Source of the DNA: Selaginella moellendorffii
Lineage: Eukaryota > Plantae > Lycopodiophyta
DNA length: 64,000 nt
Direction of reading: 5' to 3'
Assembly: GCF_000143415.4 (NCBI RefSeq)
Contig: NW_003314261.1
Span: 3,650,880-3,714,879 of the forward strand
Under the pieces are notes generated by a model that searched no databases, was not told where the DNA came from, and saw nothing but the letters and a program-made list of their open reading frames with translations. This document shows positions 24,687 through 36,179 of the stretch, in pieces. Position 1 is the first letter of the stretch. Every line of letters starts with the position of its first letter. The translations under genes and the position numbers were made by a program.

Positions 24687-27600
24687 TTCTAGAGTACTTA
24701 GAGGTGCTAAACAAAGGAAATATTTATTGGAGTCCTAAAAAGGACTTTATACTTAAGCCTAATTTTTGGCTGGATGCTTTTCAGAAAAGGATTGTGAGAA
24801 CCTCTAAATATGTTTCTGCTTTCTTACTTTTAAAAAAATTATAATTAAGAAAACAGCCAAAAAAAAACTTTTATAACTGCAAATAAAAATAACTGTATTA
24901 ATTTTATAGTACATATTTTTTAATAAAATGTACAAGAAATAATCTTTTTTGTTGGCCAAAAAAAAATAATACTGAATAAATATATGTTGATAAAGATGTT
25001 TAACTTTATTAGGGTATAGAATAATGAAATTAATTTTATTTATAGTTTTTATTGTTTTAACTACTGTTGCTGAAAATTTTGTTTGTCTATTAGATGCATT
25101 TACATTAGAAATTATAAAATATAATACTGAATATGCATTTTGAAATAGTAATTTAATGAAATATCTTGCTATAAGCTTTGGAAAGTAAAAATTATAAAAA
25201 TAAAATATTATACTTAGGAATTAAAGGTGCTTAGATCTCATTTAGTATAAAGCTTGTTGAGAGAGTATCCAAGAGCATAATTATGTATTTTATGTTATCT
25301 TCAGTATAAAAAATATTTTTTGAAAGTCACATAATATTGGTTAATACATTTAAATAGTCATCTAAAAGGTCTAATTCTTAATGTAAGTAAGTTTTCTTAA
25401 TGCTTAAGCTAGCTAGATTCATGGGATTTGTTAGAATAGGCAGAGAATATTGGCCATTAAATGGTTTGCTAAAAGTGTTTGTAGCAAAGTTGAGCTAATT
25501 GGAACAATTTAAACTTATAATTAAGATGATTATTTGGAATGAAATTTCTTACAATTAATAAAGTAATACAGCTTTTGAAGCAAGGAGTTTTGCACCAAAT
25601 TTATTTTCCTTTTTATTATTAATATAATTTAAAGTGTATAATTCTGGACCAAAAAGGGTGAAAAGAAAAAGGAGACACAAGCCCGCCAAAAGCTAACAGC
25701 AAAGCAGCAGGGTCCCTGAGCGAGCAATCAATGTCACATTTCCCGCTCCTGTGAGGTACAAAACCATTAAGAATGATCATTCTTATTTACGTGTCTTTGT
25801 GATACAATCACCAAGCCAAGCTTCAAGCGATTAAAAACCATAACCATCACCGGCGCGCAGTGTGACCCAGTAATAGTGACTTGGATGGGGATGGATGGGA
25901 TGTTGGAGATGGTGGATGGATGGGTGGATGGATGCGGTGGGAGGGTGACGATGAATGTTATGTGTGAGTGAGTGTGTGTCAGAGGGAAAGGTGCGTGAGT
26001 GAAACTAGTAGCAGTCGCAGTCGGGCTTTGACTGACACAGCACTACGGTAAATACGAGCGTAGCTGTACAAGGGCAAAACCCAGGGAGGTCGGGTTTGAT
26101 TCCAGCAGAGGGGATCTTCTCCAGGGCGAGGTGAAAAAAGAAGAAGCACAAAAGAGAGGAGAAATAAAAGAAGTGGAAGATTCGCCCAGAGCTCCATTCA
26201 TTCCTTCCGCCTTTGAAGCCCAGCCCAGCCCTAAGTAGCTCTACAAGAAGCTACATTCATATCAAAACGACACCACCAATTTGTTAGAGGGCGCCCACGC
26301 AATCGGAGCAGTGGCGCGGTACTTGCCCGGGAGCCTTGATTGCGAGCTTCTAGTACCGAGTTTGAATGACTCCATGACACCCATGCATGCGTGGCATGAT
26401 ATGCATGGACCATGGCATGCGGAGAATATTCGTGCCTGAGGCTAGCTTTTCTTTGGATTAACGTTGCTAATGTATGCAAACCCAGTACGGCTACCTAACA
26501 CCTTCCCGGGGCCAATCGCCATCGCACAAAAGCGTTGACCAAAGTGCTATGTCATGTGTCTGTTACCAATTCGGGATGCGGCCATGTATGTATCCCTGCA
26601 CCTCAAGCTATGGGGTCATGTCATGCAAATGGCCATGGCATGGTGATATAATGGCGCGTATGCGTATGCCTAGTGTATTGGAACTCGAGAGGGCGTCTCG
26701 AGACGAGCGTAGGGGATGGAAAAGAGGAGGTATCTTCGTAATCTGTTAGGTGGTTATGATGCCACCCATGTGATATCCTCATATTCCATGCATAGTAAGA
26801 TTCGCTTCCCATATCGAGACTCCATACGATATAGGACATACTTAATTAGATACATTTCTTCTATATCGATACACATACGTACCCCCCGGGCGTAAATGCC
26901 CTGTACAGTAGAAACACTAGGCGTCTAGGCTGCCCCCCCTGGCCGCCCGTCCCGTATGTATAGCGCATACATACGTACAAACACTGAGAGGGGGGCGTTC
27001 ACTGGTAGAGAATACGCCATACATCCTGCCACCGCTTTTATACACTGAGTAACTGAACAAGCTGTTGCTGTCGCTGGGCTTGCCTACAGTAGAGAGATAC
27101 GATTTGGCTACGATGCCTCCATACCTTCTACGTGTAGCGGGCCCCGTATATACATATATATAGTATTGGTTTTGAATGGACGAAAGGAAGTGTGAAGCTC
27201 GCATTCCACACGAGCGGCTGGCTGTGATACCACTGGCGGGACTCTTCTTTTGCGCTCTGTTTTCTTCTTCTTTCTTCTTCTTCTTCGTCTTCGTCTTCGC
27301 GTCTTCTTCTTCTTCCTCCTGGCATGACAACACACACTTGAGCTCGATCTTTCAGAACGTAAGATAGGAGGAAATCGAGAGCTTGCCTGGGTTATGAGAG
27401 GCTTCCTTTTGTCTCTTCTTCTCCAAACCACGCAGCGAAGAGCAACGATCGACGGCCACGGAACAGGGAAGCTCTCCTTTCTTTCTATCTCCCTCCCTCT
27501 CTCTCTCTCTTTCTCTCACTCTCTCTCTCAGTAGAGAACTTATAATCGAGTGTGTGAGGAGTGAGTGAGAGAGAGAGAGAGACTGATATCTTCCTGTGCT

Positions 27601-28068
27601 GCTGCTGCTCCTGCTACTGCTGTTGCATCATATCCACGCTAAGTTACTGAAACTTCCAATGTCCAAAATCTAAATCTTCTTACCATTAAAGTTCAGTTGG
27701 ATTTTCCTCGGCGCGACCATGCTGCTGCTGCTGCTTTTGCTGCTCCTCTCTTCCTTCTGTCTCTAGTTATCGTCTGTGCAGGCAGCAATGTGATGTAGTT
27801 CCAAGAGGAGCTTCTCATCCAGACCATCGCTCCTGCAACAATTTGTGAATCACAGCAGGCTAATATAGATCATCCAGAGGCTCAGAAGAGGAGGAAAATC
27901 AGCTGGGAGTTCGTTCTTACAAGGCAAAGCATACAGGCAAGTAGAGTTTCTAGTCTCGGGAAATTTGTTACAATACTGGCAAAGAGTGACACACGAAAGC
28001 AGCTCTCCATGATCAAGAGATAGAAGACGAAGAAGAAGAAGGAGGAGAGGAGAGTCCTAATCCAATCC

Positions 28069-29109
28069 ATGGCTGCCGACTGCACTGCAATCATCCCATT
28101 CGATGAGGCAGGCGAGGGCAGCGAGCGGCCGCGGGAGTACCGCAAAGGCAACTGGACGTTTCACGAGACGATGATCCTCATCACGGCCAAGAAGCTGGAC
28201 GACGAGCGGCGGGCCAAAGGTGGTGACAAGCGCGGCAAGTGCGCCGAGTACAGATGGAAATGGGTGGAGAACTACTGCTGGAAGAACGGGTGCCAGAGGA
28301 GCCAGAACCAGTGCAACGACAAATGGGACAACTTGCTACGCGACTACAAGAAGGTGCGGGACTACGAGACCAAGATCCAGCCGGGGCAGCAATCCTACTG
28401 GCAGCTGGAGAAGCACGAGAGAAAGGAACGGGGCTTACCTTCAAGCCTCATGATCCAAATCTATGATGCGCTCCACGACATTGTTGACAAGCGACTTCCA
28501 TCGTCCTCGTCGCGTTTGATGGCCGCGTCCGATAAAGCGCACACCACGTCTTATCTCCCACTGCCACCGCAGTCAACAGGTGAGCTTCTGGTCTCTCTTT
28601 CTCTGCTTTACGAAACTTTTCTTGCCTTGTGGATCAGAGGAGCTGCCTGCCTGCCTGGCTGACTGCAATTAAATGAAGTGAGACAAGAAAGAATGACAGA
28701 AGAAAAAGAGATTTTTACAGCTTACCAGGCATAAAAATGTGATTGTTTGCTTTATTCTTTGCTGGCAGCGTCGAGGAGCTCCGGAAGCAGCGAGCAGCTC
28801 GGGGATCCAAAGTCCCCGGCGAAGAAGCGGAAGTCGTCGTCAAGAGATCACCACCAGCAGGATGTGGAGGGCCTGGCGCCGGCGGTGGCGAGGAGCGCCT
28901 CGGATCTGTCTCACACTCTTATGCAGTGCGAGGAGAAGAAAGATCGGCGGCACAAGGACCTGCTGAGCGTCGAGGAGAGGAAGCTGATGCTGGAGGAGAC
29001 CAAGACGGAGATCAGCCGGCAAGGGATCGAGGGGCTCGTCGGTGCCGTCAACAATCTGGCCAATGCGATCCTCACTCTGGCCTCGGAGAGAGGGGGCTCG
29101 GGGGAGTGA
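28069..29109 (+). CDS. Trihelix transcription factor, SH4/SHA1 clade (2 exons: 28069-28579, 28769-29109)
   Basis: REYRKGNWTFHETMILITAKKLDDERR...RWKWVENYCWKNGCQRSQNQCNDKWDNLLRDYKKVRDYE. A phase-1 GT-AG intron joins to a coiled-coil C-terminus. Confidence 0.92.
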
Positions 29110-29683
29110 TATCGGACTGAACAAACAAAACCAACATCCCAAGTAAGAACCAAAAACTCATCTCTCACCTCTCTCACTCAAATCATCTCTCCTCTCTCTC
29201 TCTCCCCTCTTACCATATAAATGTTCCGAGAGATATATAAATCATTCGCACCCCGAGCCATTGGAAGTTTCTTGAATGATGAACTCTGTCGTTTGGCAGC
29301 ATGTTGTTCCGAGTCCTGAAACAGTCTAATCACGAGTGAAATCGAAAACAAATCATCAAAGAGAGATACCAACGTACCTCTCATTAGTATTAAGTAACAC
29401 ATAAGTGGTCGCCTGGGAAGCGAGCTAGAAACGCGAAAAGAGACGAGAATAACAGACAATACACAACAATTCATTGAAAAGTTAGAAGCCAAGTATGCAT
29501 ACACTGGTTCGCTTGCTTCTCTTCTTCTTACTCTTTAAACTTCTTTTCCTTCTTCTGGATCTTCTTTCTTCCTTCTCTCTTGTATGCAAACAAATTGTAA
29601 CATAAACAGGATACAGTCCATCGCCTGTGCCTCTGCTTGCTGCATAGCGTTGCCGAGTTAGCGGTGTACTTAATACAACAAAG

Positions 29684-31620
29684 TTAATACGGTCTGTAAC
29701 GCGTTTCCATTCGGGAAGGACGGTGACCAGCATCACCATAAAGCCACTGCAAGAAGAACAAAACCAATGGATCAAGCATCCAAGTGAAAGAGAGGAGGAA
29801 AAGATTCTTCTTTTTCCATTACTTACCGCTCCATTGTAGTCGTACCCGCCGAGGCCGTAAGCACTTCCAGCAATGGCGGACGCACCGCGCATAGGACCAC
29901 CTGCGCCTTGTAGAATGGACGAGGGTCCCATGTAGGAGGCGGTACCACTTCCAGCACCAGCTTCATCTTGCGGAGTGGCACGGTCCACTGCTATCTGCGC
30001 AGACGAGATCGCTAATTGAGCTACAAGACGACTGGAAAAAAGAAACCGCAAGTACCTGGACCCCGAGTAACTCATGTGATCTCAGAGCGACACGGTCAGC
30101 GACACTTTCATCTGCAAAAGTGACAAACCCGAAGCCACGGTGTGAAAGCTTCTTGGCGTCCTGCACAAGAGTACCAAGAGTTAGGAACACAGAACGGGAA
30201 AGAGAAAAACAGAAGGTGGGGCTACCTTGGGAACGTAGACGTCGAGAAGTCGGCCAAAGTTGCCAAAGTACCGCCGGAGGTCCTCGGCTGTCGCGTCCAG
30301 TGGCAGCCGGCCGACGAATATCTTCTTCCCAATGCCGCGGTTCTGAGACGATGAGATGTTCATCGGTGCCGATACAGGGCCTGCGGGGCCTCCCATCATA
30401 TTTGCTGGAGGGGGCGCGGGTGACGACCACAGTCCCGCACCATACGCTCCTCCAATACCCGATCCAGCAATCTCAGTTGCAAGGGCCGGAGGGTAGTCGT
30501 AAGCTCCAAATGCCGACGATCCAAAGTGCGTTCCGAAGGCTCCAAAGCGAGCCGCAGCATTTGTGTAAATGCCATAAGGACCATAAATGCTAGGATAGGA
30601 TTTCCCCCAAAACTTCATTGTTTCTTCCTGTAAGACACATATAAGAAACGAGAGAAGAAATGTACATGCCTGACCTTGGGAGTTGCCCGATCCACGGCTA
30701 TGGTTGATCCCGCAAGTTCGTGAGTTTTACCCATGAGCTTTTCCACGGAGTCTTTGAACAGAAGAAGAAGCGAGTGAGATGCTTGGATCGAAGTGCAGAG
30801 CAGTGGAAAACTACCTGGGTCTTCATACGTAACAAATCCAATACCTCGATGAGCTTTTGAACCTTGGTCCTGAAAGAAATTTCGTCCATGAGAACTATAG
30901 CAGGACTCCTGCAAAGGCATACCTTGGGCATGTAGGCGTCAGTTATCCGTCCATACTTTTCGAAATAGCTGAGAAGAGAGCAACAGGTTCAAAGTCATGC
31001 TTTTGAGGTATTAAGGTGTGGACTTACTTTCGAAATGTGTCGTCGTTGACACTCGGTGGTATTCTGGCAACAAACACCCTTGTAACCTTCGGCTTTAACA
31101 TCTCTTCCTGTGAAAACAACGATACACTCACACAATGACGCATACAAACCCAGCAAACCTTGGGTGTCGCAACTTTCACCTCCAGAATCCGGCCACTTAA
31201 CGAATGCTGAGCCAAGAGCGCTTTCTGCAACAAGGAAGTGTTAAGCGAGCACAACCAAAAACTCCATTTCTCTCACCTCAGCATCTTCCGAAGATGTAAA
31301 CGTGACATAGCCAAACCCACGGGACCGTCCTGTCGAGCGATCCTGTTATGAGATAAGAAAAACTTCAGTGTTTCGGTTTCCATGAGAAAAAGGGACTAAC
31401 CTTCATAACAATAACATCGTCGAGACCACCAAACTTTGTCATGTAAGATCGCAGGCCCTCGGTATCCACGTCCCAAGGGATTCCAAGAACCTTAAAGACC
31501 ACGGTTAAGTCTCACAAATAATGTCGCTAGACAAAGAGGAAGAACACAAAAACCAAGGCAAAAAAAGTAGCTTACCACAAGCTTGCGATTCCCCAGAGAC
31601 ATGCTAATGCCACCGGCCAT
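29684..31620 (-). CDS. hnRNP A/B-like RNA-binding protein with three RRMs (multi-exon)
   Basis: MAGGISMSLGNRKLV|VLGIPWDVD..., with RNP1 motifs SRGFGYVTF, HRGIGFVTY and HRGFGFVTF. The last exon ends RMETRYRPY* (PY-NLS-like). Confidence 0.9.
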
Positions 31621-32342
31621 GGAAGATTTCTCGTCGCCGAAGAGATGACCTTACGACTCTCCCTCTTCCTCTCAAACACACCTCACTCACTGGCTTGGCA
31701 TATCATCCCCACTCTCCTCTCGCTCTCTTCTTCTTCCCTGGAAATCCCGCTTGCATCACAATACCGTCATTAACATGAAATCGCAAATCCAAGCAGCCAG
31801 CAGCATCCAATCCAGCACATCTCATCACCGGCAGCTGCGAATCCGGGGCGCCGCGGCGGCGCCACAGCAGCGCCATAGCCATAAACCCTAGAACACTGGC
31901 AGCGCAGGCAAAGCAGGAAGAAATTTCTAAGCAGCTAGAAGAGGAACGAGGCATTCATCCACGAAAGCTGTGCGATTTGCTCTTACATACACAGCCAGCC
32001 TGATCGATCATCGTTCTAGGACGACGCTTCCACTCATGATCATCACTCCTCTCTCCATCGCGCCTGGCGCCATAGCCACTCCTCCATTGCGCAGCTACTA
32101 GTGGTTTAGTACTGCGAGATTCGCATCTGCCCAGAGAATATGCCCATGCCCTAAAACTGTAAAGAGCTCTAGTGGACGGCCGGGATTGCCCTAGAGCGGC
32201 GCTGGTGGAGGAGAGATCACAAAGGCCGGCCAGTCGAGGCGAGGGCTATCGAGCGATCGCGGCCGAGGCCGCCATCGCGGCTCCAGGAGCTGCCAAGGTA
32301 AGCGGGAATTCGTTGATGCGGCTGCGCGAGTGATCGAGGACG

Positions 32343-34238
32343 ATGCCGGCGCTTCTCAAGTACTCGGCGGAGCTCCGCGATGGAATCCCGGTGCTCTACG
32401 GCTCCAATGGATTCCCGTTGAAGTGTTCCAGGTTTGAGCCGGCAGGGCATTCCTTCCATGCCGCGGCGCTCAAGCTGCTAGGGCTTGGGGCCGCCATCGC
32501 GGAGGACGACGACGACGACGATGAAATATTGGGCTCCAAGAACGAGTTTGGGGATTCGTACTATGCCAAGGGGAAGAAGAAGGTCGGCGGATCGGAGCAG
32601 CAGGATCACTACGCGCTGCTGGGGCTGAGCCATCTCCGGTTTCTAGCCAGCGAGGAGCAAATTCGTAAGGCGTACAGGGAGGTCGCGCTCAAGCACCACC
32701 CGGACAAGCAGGCTGCGCTTATTCTCCTGGAAGATGGCGAGGACGCTAGAGAGGCCAAGAAGCAGGAGATTGATGCCCACTTCAAGGCGATCCAGGAGGC
32801 TTACGAGGTGCTCGTCGATCCTGTCAAGAGGAGGGCCTACGATTCCGTGGACGAGTTTGACGACGAGGTTCCATCGGATTGCGCGGTCGAGAGTTTCTTC
32901 CAGGTTTATGGGCCGGTGTTCTTGAGGAATGGACGGTGGTCGGTGATCCAACCGGTGCCAGAGCTCGGGCAGATGACCAGCTCGATGGCGGAGGTGGACA
33001 AGTTCTACGATTTCTGGTTTTCGTTTAAGAGCTGGAGGGAGTTCCCACACGCGGACGAGTTTGAGGTGGAGCAAGCCGAGGGGCGGGAGCACAGGAGGTG
33101 GATGGAGAGGCAGAACCTCAAGCTTCGCGAGAAGGCAAAGAAGGAGGAGTCCGCGAGAGTGAGGACCTTGGTGGAGAATGCGTACAAACGGGACCCCAGG
33201 ATCATACGTAGACGGGAGGACGAGAAGGCCGCGAAGTTGATGAAGAAGCAAGCAAAGCTTCTGGCCAAGAAGGAGAAGGAGGACCAGGCGGCCAAGGCTC
33301 TGGAGGAGGAGAGGTTGCGGAAGGAGGAGGAGGAGAAGCGTCTAGCGGAGGAAGCGGCGGCGCAGAAAAAGCTCAAGGAGAAGGAGAAGAAGCTGGTCCG
33401 AAAGGAGAGGTCGAGGCTGCGGAGTCTTGCGGCCGGGGTGGTGTCCAGCAAGGCGTTTGCAACGAAGGAGGAGGACGTCGAGGCGTTGTGCTCGAAGCTC
33501 GACTTGGCGCAGCTGAAAGCTTTGTGCGAGAAGCTGGAAGGCTGCGGTGGATCCATGACCGACGTTGGCTCGGCTCTCTCGGCGGCACTGGACGGGGCCG
33601 AGGGCGAGAGTAATGATCCCGCGGACGAAGATAAAAATGCGCAAGCTCCCGTGTTGATGGAAGAGAAGAAGGAGAAGGAGCGGCCGTGGACGAGGGAAGA
33701 AGTCGATTTGCTCCGCAAGGCGATGGCCAAGTATCCGAAAGGAACGTCACAGCGCTGGGAAGTCGTCAGTAACTACATCGGCACCGGCAGATCGGTGGAG
33801 GAGATACTCAAGGCGATCAAGACGGTGCTCCTGCAAAAGCCCGACTCCTCCAAGGCGTTTGATACGTTCTTGCAAAAGAGGAAGGCGCCGAGCTCCATAG
33901 CTTCGCCGCTGTCCACCAGGGCGGAGGAGGGGACAGAGCTGCCGGGCCAGGAGAATGGAGCAAGCGCCGCCCGCGTCCCTGAAAGTGGCGAGAAGGAGAA
34001 GGATAAAGAGCCGAGCTTGGCGAACGGGAAGACGAGCGTAGCAGAGGATGGTGGTGGTGGCGAGCAGGACGCCTGGAGTGAGACGCAAGAGCTAGCGCTC
34101 GTCAAGGCTCTCAAGACGTTCCCAAAGGAGACTGCGCAGAGGTGGGAGAGGATCGCCGCGGCTGTCCCTGGGAAGAGCAAAGCGCAGTGCTTCAAGAAGT
34201 TTGCTGCGCTACGCGAGAACTTCCGGTCCAAGAAGTAA
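32343..34238 (+). CDS. ZRF1: Zuotin-related factor / DNAJC2 (J domain, zuotin domain, two SANT domains)
   Basis: FEPAGHSF, J domain with HHPDKQ, FYDFWFSFKSWREF, and two SANT repeats (WTREEVDLL..RWE; WSETQELAL..RWE). Intronless CDS. Confidence 0.95.
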   Translation: MPALLKYSAELRDGIPVLYGSNGFPLKCSRFEPAGHSFHAAALKLLGLGAAIAEDDDDDDEILGSKNEFGDSYYAKGKKKVGGSEQQDHYALLGLSHLRFLASEEQIRKAYREVALKHHPDKQAALILLEDGEDAREAKKQEIDAHFKAIQEAYEVLVDPVKRRAYDSVDEFDDEVPSDCAVESFFQVYGPVFLRNGRWSVIQPVPELGQMTSSMAEVDKFYDFWFSFKSWREFPHADEFEVEQAEGREHRRWMERQNLKLREKAKKEESARVRTLVENAYKRDPRIIRRREDEKAAKLMKKQAKLLAKKEKEDQAAKALEEERLRKEEEEKRLAEEAAAQKKLKEKEKKLVRKERSRLRSLAAGVVSSKAFATKEEDVEALCSKLDLAQLKALCEKLEGCGGSMTDVGSALSAALDGAEGESNDPADEDKNAQAPVLMEEKKEKERPWTREEVDLLRKAMAKYPKGTSQRWEVVSNYIGTGRSVEEILKAIKTVLLQKPDSSKAFDTFLQKRKAPSSIASPLSTRAEEGTELPGQENGASAARVPESGEKEKDKEPSLANGKTSVAEDGGGGEQDAWSETQELALVKALKTFPKETAQRWERIAAAVPGKSKAQCFKKFAALRENFRSKK

Positions 34239-34280
34239 GCTTGGTTTCGAGGATGATTCTTTGGTTGTGTTTTTAACACC

Positions 34281-34470
34281 AGAGTCCTACCATTCTTTGC
34301 CTTGTCGGAACAAGGAAGAATAAGCTCTTTATATTTTTGTAGGCCAGACTGGAGAGAAACGTACCGCTTGTATCGACGACTTTCAATAGCTAAGTTGGTA
34401 TTCATATGCTTAAAGAGTAACCAGCAGGGATCGGTCTAGCTCGTTGGAAGCAACCATCTCCGAGAGCTAG
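34281..34470 (-). pseudogene. Internally deleted duplicate of the 3' end of the neighbouring minus-strand gene
   Basis: 34281-34418 matches 34682-34813 and 34428-34465 matches 34971-35007. It reads EMVASNELDRSLLVTL*. Confidence 0.8.
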
Positions 34471-34804
34471 CCATCACCGCTTGAACCCAGGGAAAAAGGA
34501 AAAAGATATCTGGAGCTGAGATTGAGGATTTTCAGCTCGCCGCCTCCAAACGCAGCACTTGGATCCCTCTTAATTCATAGCTTAGTAGCAGCTTAGACCG
34601 CAAACCAGCCATCGGGATCGTCACGATACGCCAAGCTTGAAGTGGACCCAAGGATCAGCCACCAAAACCAAGACGGGAGCAAGAGTTCTACCATTCTTTG
34701 CCTCGTCAACAAGGAAGAAAAGCTTCTCTTTTATATTTTTGTAGGCCAGAGAAACGTACCTCTTGTATCGACGACTTTCAATAGCTAAGTTGGTTATCTT
34801 ATGC

Positions 34805-35932
34805 TTAGAGAGTGATGTACTTGAGCACAGCACCGCGGATCTTTGTCATGAAGTCTGCCGCTTCTTTCTGGAAAAACGCGCACGATCAGTGGAAAAATCG
34901 AGTTTTGGAAAGGCTTGCCTGTCCAGCAGATCTTGCAGTGACAATGTTTTGATCCAGGAGAACTAGGAGAGATCGGTCTAGCTCGTTGGATGCAACCATC
35001 TCCAGCAGCTGAAATTCTGAGAGTTAGATTGGCGATGGCGATGAATGCTAACAGGTTACTGTGGCTTTCTTGTCTTTCGAGGCAAATATCCTTGCGACTC
35101 TTTCCTTGGCTTGGACTAGATCCGTAGCAAGCCTATCATATGCTTCTGCATTGAGCACGCGATTTAGATCACGGAAATAGAGGAGAGAAAAAACAGTTCT
35201 TTCTTTACCAATGCCTTCCGTTAAAACTTTTTGGAGTGCCTCTAGCTCCACGAGCCTATCCTCAATGTCCTGATAACGATACAATGATACAATGATACAA
35301 TGATTTGTGCTTAGCCAGGTACCTGAGTTCTATTGATTTTAAACTTCAAGGAAGCTATCTCCGTGTTTAAAAAGGAAAGGAACGAATCCGTTAATCTGTG
35401 GAAGAGAAAAGAAAAAGTTAGAACAAAGAATCACGCTTGAAACGCTTTGCACCTGAGTCTACATCGAGCAATCTCAAACTCGATCTCTTGCGCTTGAGTC
35501 TCAAGGAAAAATTCGATCAGCCCAGCATCACTCTCTGGAACAACTCGAGCCTAGATAGAGATTACTTAAACCCGGACTAGCAAAGTTTTCTTAATTACCT
35601 CTCGAGCAGCTCTTTGTCGATCCAATTGGCGCTGTGTCTCTTGCCTCGCAATCTCATCCTGCTCGGCATCGCTGCTGAGCTTCTTTTGGATCATCCGCCG
35701 CGTAATGTGGCCAGTCTGCGGCGCTCCAAACAGGTTCTCGGGATCCTAGGGTTTGATCGATGAGATTTCACCTCATTCTCCATCAAAAACATACCCAAAC
35801 CACTCGCGCAGTCGACCCAATTCTAGAATTTCGACCTCTCCTCGCCTGGAATTCGTGAGCGCCGACGCGCAGCCCATTCCCATACCGCAATGGCGTCCAT
35901 TGGCGCGCAACGAAGCTCTGTAGGACGAGCAT
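34805..35932 (-). CDS. Conserved green-plant uncharacterised protein with a likely plastid transit peptide (multi-exon)
   Basis: MLVLQSFVARQW...VVW|DPENLFGAPQTGHI...LIEFFLETQAQEIEFEIAR...DIEDRLVELEALQK...|KEAADFMTKIRGAVLKYITL*. The last intron (34868-34918) is GC-AG. Confidence 0.8.
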
Positions 35933-36179
35933 TTTGGTGTGTTCTATCTAGCTCGAGCTAAGTGGATGCCGCGTCAGCAAAACCGCGTCCAATTGCCAAC
36001 CGCCACGTGCCTATCTATATATTATACAGGAATTAGGTTTAGGGCGAGTGGCATTGTTTTTCTAGGGTTTTGATGCGTAAGAGCGCTCGATTCGATCGGG
36101 ATAAGGCTGCTCTTTCCAGCCTTGCGCTCCGCGCCGTTTGATCTCTCAGGGCTGTGGCGCCAGCAGCAGCAATCCTCGC

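Noticed and set aside
26953-26975. Perfect 9-bp hairpin CGTATGTAT/ATACATACG
   Set aside because: Short and low-complexity; plausible by chance.
27480-27585. miR156/529-like hairpin
   Set aside because: The pairing comes from simple CT/GA repeats, and no mature miRNA sequence was recognised.
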